Below, piece by piece: positions 54,174 to 64,000 of a DNA stretch of 64,000 bases. Source of the DNA: Octopus vulgaris (taxonomy: Eukaryota); assembly GCA_951406725.2 (NCBI GenBank), contig OX597820.1, positions 6,820,001-6,884,000 of the forward strand, in the 5' to 3' direction. Numbering within the stretch: position 1 is the stretch's first letter; every line of letters begins with the position of its first letter. Made by a program: the position numbers and the translations under genes. The notes under the pieces were generated by a model that saw nothing but the letters and a program-made list of their open reading frames with translations, was not told the DNA's origin and did no database searches.

Positions 54174-54226
54174 GCCAAATTATGGTGTATAAATACGTAT
54201 ATACATAGATATATTTATATACATAC

Positions 54227-54510
54227 TGCAACAGCCTGGGTTTCAAGGGCCCACAGCTTTTTAATATCCTCCCAAAGAGTCTGAGCAACTTGCACAAATT
54301 AGATATAGGGGCTTTTAAATCAAAGCTGGACCTCTTCCTGTCGAGAGTCCCGGATGAGCCTACCTCACGGCAAGGGATGCAAATGAGGGTAACTATATCA
54401 AACTCCATTCTTCACCAAGTGCCACATATTCGAGGAAGGCTCTTAGTAATAACAGTGTAGCACAAAACGGCAGTGCATCAGCATGGCCACAGCTCTGAGC
54501 TGAAACTAGA
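54227..54510 (+). mobile_element. CR1/L2-group LINE 3' end (ORF2 C-terminus plus 3' UTR)
   Basis: Open 77-codon frame CNSLGFKGPQLFNILPKSL..FKSKLDLFLSRVPDEP..SNSILHQ ending TAG at 54458-54460 (no ATG, so absent from the ORF track); short UTR with hairpin. Confidence 0.8.
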
Positions 54511-54579
54511 GAGGAAAAAAATACATGTATACAGATGTGTATGTGTAAGCATATTAAGTACACGTGTATGTTTGAATGT

Positions 54580-54654
<75 letters not shown>

Positions 54655-54655
<1 letters not shown>

Positions 54656-55005
54656 TTTTTTTTCTTTTATTTGTTTCAGTCATTTGAATGCAGCCATGGT
54701 GGAGCACCGCCTTTAGTCGAGCAAATCGTCCTCAGGACGTATTCTATCCGTCACTTTTCTCGAGCCGTTAGGTTACGTGGACGTAAACACACCAGCCTCG
54801 GTTGTCAAGCGATGTTGGTGGTACAATCTCAGACACACAAACATACACATATGTATATACGACGGGCTACCAAATCCACTAACAAGGCCTTGATCGGTTC
54901 GAGGCTATACGAGAAGACGCTTGCCCAAATTGTCACGCAATGGTACTGAACCCAGAAGTATGTGGTTGGTAAGCAAGCTACTCACCACACAGCCACTCCT
55001 GCGCC
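54655..55005 (-). mobile_element. SINE family A, degenerate
   Basis: Reverse complement of the family A sequence. Confidence 0.8.
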
Positions 55006-55119
55006 TACACATATATTTAAAGATACACACACACACACATATATGTATATATATATATATAGCTATATTAATTCACCGCCCCCCCCCCCAAAAAAAAAAC
55101 ACCCACACACCCACACGCA

Positions 55120-55250
55120 CGTGGTTTAGTTATTGTGACGTCGGATTCACAATCGTAAGATGTTAGTTTCGATTCCTGGACCGAGGGATGCCGTGTGTTC
55201 TTGAGCAAAACTCTTCGTTTGATGTTACTCCAATCAACTCAGCTGGTATA
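55120..55250 (+). mobile_element. Degenerate tRNA/CORE SINE head (family C-like)
   Basis: GTGGTTTAG..GTTTCGATTCC..GTGTTCTTGAGCAAAAC..ACTCAGCTG. Confidence 0.6.
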
Positions 55251-55473
55251 TATTAGTTATCCGGTAACGGACATTATACCCCGTACAAGAGGTGAAGAAT
55301 AATATATGCCACAGAATTCGGGAAACCAGATTCATGTTCTTACGGCTCGAGAAAAACCTGCCTCATTTATTATATACGCATGTATATGTATGTGTGTATA
55401 TTGTGAGTGTGTGTGTATGTGTGTGTGTATGTATGTACGCACACAGAAATCAATGTCTCTTGAAGTAATGTTC

Positions 55474-55700
55474 TTTTGTCTTCTTCATCGCAACCGCACT
55501 GGCCTCTTAAACTCTTAGTTTGTAGGATTTGTATCTCATTCACTCAGACATTCCAAACCAAATTCTCTATCCATTTCACAGCACACTTGATGCCAACAAA
55601 CGACTTCTCCATCCACATTAACCACAGTCTTTCCGTATGCAGAACACCTGTCTGATAGAATCTTCTCCCTCTAACAAGGCCTTTAAACGGCAACATTCTC
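55474..55700 (+). mobile_element. Highly decayed CR1/Jockey-like ORF2 C-terminal remnant
   Basis: Translation CLLHRN..GFVSHSLRHS..RTPV**NLLP loosely resembles the 'SLFYRY..RT..LWNxLP' terminus. Confidence 0.35.
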
Positions 55701-56196
55701 ACTTGTCTTGTGGGGTCAGTAGATTATAAACGTAAATGCATACACACTCATGCATTCATACACCCCCACAAATACACATATTAAGAGGAAGATATACAGA
55801 TATGTATATATGTGTGTGTATGTTTGTGAGTGTATCTTTGTACGTATAACCACAAAATGGAAAACAGTAAAGTGTATATATAAATAAAGATTATTTCTTC
55901 AAACTCGTGAAGGAAAACTAAATAATCTCAAAATGAAAGAAGAAAAAACAAAAAAACTGACGTCGGCGACTATAATAAATAAATATATTCAATAAATTCC
56001 GAGCTGAAACACAACTAATCATATATTACAAAGTGTGAGAAATCTCCTGATTATTTTTGAATTCAATACATATATTTATACATAAACATTTACATACAAA
56101 CCTCCGCCATATATGCGCACATATACGTTGGTATTTGTGTTCTTATAAATACGCATTCCTATATATATGTATTTGTATGTGTGTGTGTATAAGTGT

Positions 56197-56228
<32 letters not shown>

Positions 56229-56431
56229 CAAACTACTTTTTCTATAAGAGTGAACTTTAGATATCCCTGTCTCTATACACTAAGAAGCACATATGCATAC
56301 ACATACAGACACAGACACACGCACACACACACACACGTATACATATGGGTGTGTATGTATGTACGTACTAGTATTTATCTGTAATTCTATGTATGTATAT
56401 ATATTCATATATGTATGTATACACACACACA

Positions 56432-56489
<58 letters not shown>

Positions 56490-56637
56490 TATACGAATGT
56501 GGATGTGTAATTTTATCATAAAATCTGAGAATGTAATCTCTGTCTGTACAGGTGTGTGACTTATTCAAATTTTAAACACCCATTTGTACGAGTTTTCGGA
56601 TAGAAATATATATTGAGCACATATTTGTACTTTATAT

Positions 56638-56691
<54 letters not shown>

Positions 56692-56809
56692 GTGTGTATA
56701 GACAGAGATACCTATATACATACATGCATATATATATATATATATATATACATAGATTTTGTTTAAAAAAATATACGTGTGTACAATTCACATCGAATGT
56801 TTAGTAAAC

Positions 56810-56850
<41 letters not shown>

Positions 56851-57069
56851 CAAGAGTTGAAATGTCTATTTGTTTATATGTGTTTATGTATATTTGCTTA
56901 TTTGCGAATGTGTAATTTGTTGTCTGATACTAATTTACTACGACGAGGCCTGCCTTCCAATACCAATATTACTGTCTTCGACTATTTTATTGTCTCAACA
57001 TTACTGCAAACTCTGATGTTGCTATTCAAAGGAAATACCATCGTCTGCCTAGGCATGCCAACGTACATC

Positions 57070-57105
<36 letters not shown>

Positions 57106-57281
57106 GGGAAGAGGACGTCACCAACAGTAAACAGCATGAAATGAGGAAAAAGATGAGTTAAATACGCAAACAACGAAAAGAAAAGTGGAAAATAGGACAA
57201 GTGAAGCAAAGAACGACTCACGATTTTCCCTTTGTTCTCTTTAGTTCATTCTTTGAAAATAAAACGACTGTCCCCATATAC

Positions 57282-57362
<81 letters not shown>

Positions 57363-57370
57363 TTAATAAT

Positions 57371-57620
57371 AAAATATTAGGGAATAAATCCAAACTTACA
57401 GGGAAAAATCAGATTTAGGATTGAATCCAATTTTATAGTAAAATATTATATTATTTTAAATATATATCAAAATTATTAAAAAAAAAGATAATTAGTATAA
57501 CACTACGATCGTTTCATGGCTGTCCAATTCGTAAAAATTCGAGTTACAGTAATTCTTCAGGTGATTGAAATATTTAACTTGGCGCGGTTTAATCAATATT
57601 TGTCTCAATACATCATTTCA
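57371..57620 (-). mobile_element. Relative of the 42745-43080 element, with hammerhead
   Basis: Shares AAATATTAGGGAAT.AATCCAAA.TTACAGGGAAAAATCAGATTTAGG..AATCCAATTTTATAGTAAAATATTATAT; directly follows (TA)n. Confidence 0.7.
57501..57563 (-). ncRNA. Minimal Type I hammerhead ribozyme motif with long stem II
   Basis: CAC-CUGAAGA-[~38 nt]-GAAA-CGAUCG-UA-GUG; palindromic stem III, GUA triplet. Confidence 0.65.
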
Positions 57621-57939
57621 CAACCCGGGAAACTTGCAAAGCAAATACATAAACAGATATGTGTATGTCTATATATTTTATTCTCCCTCTTTTTCTATTC
57701 ACTCTGTTTATTTCCTCCTGTTCCTTTATATCGAAGAGCGTAGGCCCGAAACGTCAAAGACTTTCTCACCTTCCCGAGCGATAAACTAATACATCTATGT
57801 AGTTTATACCCCTGTTTTCGTCTTTTGTTTTTCTGTTAATTTCAACTATATATATATATATATGATGTTTTAGTTGTTTCAGCCGTTTGACTGCGTCCAA
57901 GCTGGAGCACAGCTTTGTGTGTGTGTGTGTGTGTGTGTG

Positions 57940-58252
57940 TCACTCCGTAGCTTACGACGTCGAATGTTCCAGTTGATTCAATCAAAGGAACACAGAGCTC
58001 GTGAAATTAACTTGCATGTGGCTGAGTAGTCCACAGACAGGCGTACCCTTAATGTAGTTCTCAGGGAGATCAACGTGACACAGAGGGTGACAAGATTGGC
58101 CTCGTTGAATCACAGGTACAAGTCATTTTTGTCAGATGAGTGAACTGGAGCAACGGCAAATAAAGTGTCTTGCTCAAGGACACAACAGTTCGCCGGGAAT
58201 CGAACTCACGACTTTACTATAGTGAGCCGAATACCTTTACCACTAAACCAGG
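57940..58252 (-). mobile_element. SINE family C
   Basis: Colinear with 23021-23347. Confidence 0.85.
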
Positions 58253-58254
58253 TT

Positions 58255-58306
<52 letters not shown>

Positions 58307-59029
58307 GTTCACTTGTGTTAACAAGCACGTACTGTGCGTATCTACGTGTGTGCACATTGATATACAAACTATGCAATATCTATAATATATATATGGTTTA
58401 TTTGCCTATATGTTTGTGTATGTGTATGTAGCACCACTCGTATGGTTATACTTACGATGATTAATGATTGAGTATCAGAGAGTATCCAATGTTAGTCGTT
58501 TGTCTGAAGCGATTCGCAATTTCTGAAGTTAATAAACAACGAGAGTAACCTGGAGCTATGCCACACTTCTTCAGACTGTCTACAATCTATAAACATTTTT
58601 TTTTCTGGCCATTCTAATGTATGGTATTATGAGGTGAGGAAAAGGTAGAAGGCTTTTACAACTGTGCACCGTTTGGATGAGTTGCTTTGTTATTATATTT
58701 TCACTACCTTGTCGTGATTAATAAATCATAACATCCGACGTATGTTATACACTCACCAAACATTAGAATAAATGTCAAATATTATTCTGCAACATTGTGG
58801 AGAGAATGGTTTAGAGTCTATCAGATGATAACAGAGAATTTTCATCTTTAAACAATCCTACGGGGTAATTTGTACTTTAAGCGCAATCACAATTAATTTA
58901 TGATATTTTTTCTCTCTTCAATTGTTGGTGAAATTCATAGTCAGAGATACTATGTACACGTGTGTGTGTGTGTGTGTGTGTGTATATAATTATATATGTA
59001 ATTATAAATTTATTCTTACGTATTCATAT

Positions 59030-59081
59030 TTGAATATATGTATGTGTGTGTGTATATATACATACATAAATATATATATAA

Positions 59082-59114
<33 letters not shown>

Positions 59115-59433
59115 CACATATATACATATATATATACATATATATACACATATATATATATATACACATATATACATATATATATACACATATATACATA
59201 CACATATATATACATATATATATACACATATATATATACACATATACATATATATTTACATATATATATACATATCTATACATATATATACACATATGTA
59301 TACATATATATACACATATGTATACATATATATACACATATGTATACATATATATACACATATGTATACATATATATACATATGTATACACATATGTATA
59401 CATATATATACACATATGTATACATATATATAC

Positions 59434-59474
<41 letters not shown>

Positions 59475-59515
59475 TATACATATATACATATGTATACATA
59501 TATACATATATATAC
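59030..59515. repeat. (TA)n/(CATA)n compound microsatellite
   Basis: Directly visible. Confidence 0.95.
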
Positions 59516-59798
59516 TAATTGCTAAATTTTTCTTGAAAACATTTCTTAGTGGTAAGACCATGGCGGATCTATTTCTAGCATAAGGGTGTCCAAATACTGG
59601 TTTCCCTCTAATATATATATATATATAACAACAGCTTTCTACAATACCTTAACGATTGTTCGATGATGAGGTATGTTTAATAACGACGTACACGTAGTCA
59701 GTCAAGAATTAGCAATCTTGCTAATTGGTAGGCTATAATTAGTTGAGATATTGTCAACGTTGTCCTAGTAATGAAGTGTCGGTTCACATATTGCATGC

Positions 59799-59897
59799 AA
59801 CAGACCGGATGTTGTAGTCGCCGACAAGGAAAAAGAACTGTGTATTGTAATCAATGTGGCATGCTTATTTGACATCAGAGTAAAATCTAGTTACTAA
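59799..59897 (+). mobile_element. Fragment of a restriction-like endonuclease of an R2/R4/NeSL-group non-LTR element
   Basis: Translates NRPDVVVADKEKELCIVINVACLFDIRV, matching the RLE 'RPD-x~14-D' motif (second D changed to N). Confidence 0.65.
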
Positions 59898-62800
59898 AAT
59901 ACACAGGAGGACGACATTGTTAAGGCTAGCACGCCTAATAAACCTGCCTTTTCAGAGCTAACCTTGAGCTAAACAACAACAGAAGCAGCAGTAGCGACGG
60001 TAGTGGTAATAATGAATCCGAAATAACTATAACGTTGTGTGTGTTCCAGAAAAGTACCACGATTGTAACCCGTTGCGTTTGTTATTATAAGTGTGTTAAG
60101 ATATATTTTATTTCAATACCTAAAGATAAACGTTATACTTTCACCGCCATTTTCTCTCTGCTACTAATACAGCGTTTAGCTGCGGATTTAAATTCTTGTT
60201 CAAAATGTTAACTGAAAATGTTTAATCAATTTAGTCATCTTTAAACTATTAACTTTTAGTTTTCGAAGATTGGAATGTTTTTGTTGATTTGTTCTTTTAT
60301 TTTATTCCGCTTCATTTGGTTTTGTTTTCATGTTTTATTCCACTGGAAATCTTGTGAATAAAATAATATGTTCAGAAATTTGATGGTTTAAAAAGGAAAT
60401 TAAAGATTAAAGCCTGAATTCAATAAAATTTACGCATTTGTTATTCATTGCGTCATTGAAAATAATGAGAGAAAAAAAAGGAGTTGAAAAGATGTGTAAT
60501 TTTGCTCTGGTGAAACCAGGTTATATGAAGACAATAACATTTTAAACAGCTAATGACCTGTGTTGTCTGTCGCCATTATCCCAGGAAAGTGACGTTAAAA
60601 TAATGTGTTTACAATAATGAAGTGATTATACTGTGACTTAATGCAAATTCCCACTGATAAAACTAATTAGATTGTCGAAAATGAAATAGGAATAATTCTG
60701 CAGCAGAAAGAAAATGAAAACAAGAATCTTATACATGCGAATTTATATCTTTTCACTAAGATTTTGTCCGACAAAAATCTGATGCGTCATAATAATATTT
60801 GTACTGTAAATAATTGAAAAAATATCAATTTGTTGCAATATTTATCACATTTGGTGATATCATGATCGACGGCTGCCCTCTAAACCCACTAAAATGGTCC
60901 GAGCGAAACGATTGCTTAATTGGAATATTTGAACCAACTCAAGTGCAATTTCTCGTCGTAATAAAATCTCTTGAGCTCTGACTTGAAATTCATGAATATT
61001 TTTTTAACAAAACCGTTGATTTTAATTTAAGATGATATGTAAATTTTAAATTAAGTTTAAGAACAATACATCATAAATACCATCACATTAACCCTAGATA
61101 TGGCGGTTCTGAGACCTATCGCAATGATAAGTCTCAGAGTGTTACCCCACAACGCCACCACATTCAGTAAATGTGTCGTTGGTCACATTTTTTAATCCCA
61201 CATGTCTAACAACCGTGGACATGCTTACAAAATCAAAAACAACACAGAAACCTTGACTTTCGGTAACATTTTTGTACGTTCAAATTTGGCCTACAATAAT
61301 CGGTCTACATTTGATGATCCGTGTAGTCTTTATTTTAATGTGGTTTGAAGTTAAATCTATTTTCGCGAGTTCCACATTACCAATGTTTGCATAAACGGAA
61401 ACAGTTCTCGCTCAGATTATACACATAATGCTATTTAACTCTTTAAGATAATAATCCTACCATATGCTGAGAATATAGCCACATGTAGAACGGTGGAGAC
61501 TAATGGTGGAGACTTATACTTTTAATTAAAAGGAATTTATCCATTTTTCAGGGTAGTTATATTTTAACTAAAAGATAATGTTATTTCAAAGTTCGCATAA
61601 AGAATACTCTTTTACTTGTTTCAGGCTTTTGACTATGGCCATGTTGTGATTAAATTTGAAACTGTTCTCAATTTTATTTCTTAAGATATATGAAACCTAA
61701 CTCCAGATGTGCCCCTCTCGTATGACAATGGAGTCTGTGTCTTGTGTGGGGTGTGACACATTTATTAACGTTACAGTATGTCGTGTTTAGATACTTATAT
61801 AGAAATATTCGTAATGTAACACCTTCATATAAATCTTAATTAGATGAGACCGAATATTGAAGTGATCACTACGGTCACTATGTATGTATCGATCTTAAAC
61901 CTTCATACATCAAAGAAAGAAGCAGAAGATCTCTTCATGTCACGAATACATTAAACCACCAACTGACAATTTAGCACCATAAATAATATTATCAAAACTC
62001 ATAAATAACATTATCAATTTCATTTGATGTCCCAACTGACCACCACCTTTATACGTTCCACTTGGCATGTTATAGTTAAACATCAACATTATCAATGTGT
62101 TTTATGGGTTCTCGGGGTTTGCAGTGAAGAGGCCCGGTGAATTCGCAGTTAGCTCTTTGCATAACGGACTCTTTAAATGTAGAAAAATGTTCAGAATTTG
62201 TCAGTGAGGTGTGGAATCTCAAAGAAAACTCTACTAATAAACATGTTTTTAAAATCTACTAAAATTCTGCGTAATTTTCGGTTCGTTATTAAACTATTTC
62301 CTCAAACGAAACATGGAAAACTATTAAACAATGACTGAATGTTGGTTTATTATAATTTTATTATAAAGTTATCATAATTTGGTTTGTTTGAGAGGTCGGT
62401 GCTTCTGAGAAATATTAATCATGGATTCGTCCACAAAGAAAGCGATCTGTAATTAATATACGTTTGTTTATAGTCATAAGATGAAGTGTAATTTGGCACA
62501 GAAACCAGCGGCCTTAGAATAAAACCTTTCTGCCATGCATTTACGGAAAACGCATCTACATACGTACGCATACGCATACATATACGTACACATACACACA
62601 TATGCCCATATACATACGGGCACACATACGGATAGAATATATCTGTATATACGTATAAGTATACACTCATATATATATATATATATATATACATGGATGC
62701 ATACATACATACATAGATGCATGCATGCATACATACATGCCTAAATACCAATCTTGAGAAACAAAGCTTCTCCAAATAAGAAAGGAAAAAAAAACTAATT

Positions 62801-63924
62801 CGAAGATTGCAGATCAAATCCTTCATTGGAACTGTAAAAATCTGCAAAACTTTCCAGAATTTTATCATTTAAATATATATGTGCATGTCTAGATATGCAA
62901 CTATATCCATGAGAATACATACATAAGACAAAACATACAAATCTGCACATACAGAAACATACATACATACACACACGTATATATACAATCTTTTCCCCTC
63001 TACACATTCTGATCGAATCCTGCGTGTGTTAACGTGGGCCTTCTAACGACAATGTAAACTTTCATTTAATCAAGATGTCCATGGCCTGAAGAGTAGTCTG
63101 TGGTATACATCTTGCTTGGATATTTACCACTTCCGAGAGGTTCCCCGCGCTATGAACATAAGTAGCTAGGACCTTATCTACCCCATTCCTTCACTCTTTT
63201 GTATATGTGTGAGTATATATATAAATATATATAATAAATGCCAAGATGAATTTCTGTGTGTCAGTATGTCACACTTTGACCCCTCTCTCACTAATCAATG
63301 ACACTTCTACTATTCCTCCTGCTGGTGCGAGAGTAATATTGTAGGCATAGACACGGTAGTAGATTGATGATTGTGATGGTAATGGGGTGATAGTAATAGT
63401 ATGAGCTGTAGTTGTGATAGAGGTGGAGGAGACGGTGATGATGGTGTTGGTAGTAGCTGAGGCGGTCAAACATGACGGTGATAGTAAGGAATGTGAAATA
63501 CAGTGGAGACAGTGGTGGAGGGGAAGGTGTCTAAATCAAAAGGGTATTGATGTTGGTGGCGTCAGAAGTCTGAATGGTGTGTGTATGGCAGTTGTGGTGG
63601 CGATGGTGATAATTGAAAACAGTCAACAGAAAGAGAGAGAAAGAAAGAGATTAGAGAGAAAAAATAGTTGTACTGACCCTCGAATATGAAGGCAAAAAAC
63701 TTGTTTATCATGCAGCTTTGCAATAAGTTCCAAGTCGACAAATTATATCACGGTTTTGGTAAAAATTGTTCATTGCTTGAAAAATATCGGTCAAGTCTAA
63801 TAAAATTGAATACATACTCAATGCATGAAGTGTCCTTATTGGGCACAAAGCAGATGAAGAGCCCTCCACAGGAGCTAGCTTAAGGACCACCCAATGGGGT
63901 AGCTTTTAAGTAAGTATACATATA

Positions 63925-63975
63925 TATTCTTTTATTCGTTACAGTCATGCAGTCGCGGTCATGCTGGAGCACCAT
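63925..63975 (-). mobile_element. SINE family A tail fragment
   Basis: Minus strand GGTGCTCCAGCATGACC...TGACTG...AATAAAAGAAT. Confidence 0.55.
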
Positions 63976-64000
63976 CCTTTTATATATATATATATATATA

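Overview
AT-rich, microsatellite-saturated eukaryotic non-coding DNA (intergenic or a very large intron). The repeat landscape looks like a coleoid cephalopod, probably Octopus; that is inference from the repeat types, not a database match. No host protein-coding exon could be supported, and most track ORFs are (TA)/(CA)/(ATT) artefacts. Recognisable content: non-autonomous Helitrons (one carrying a PIF1-helicase fragment), two Tc1/mariner elements, decayed L1/Tx1, RTE, CR1-like and RLE-type LINE fragments, and several tRNA-headed SINE families. The most interesting signal is a set of minimal Type I hammerhead-ribozyme motifs (CUGANGA...GAAA...UH). Several sit in the spacer of fold-back elements embedded in (TA)n tracts, and one lies in the body of a tRNA-headed SINE. 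This suggests a diverse non-autonomous Penelope/retrozyme-like system. Also notable: a CR1-like LINE 3' end shares a covarying stem-loop tail with two SINE families, SINE and Helitron modules appear shuffled, and there is a head-to-tail Helitron junction.
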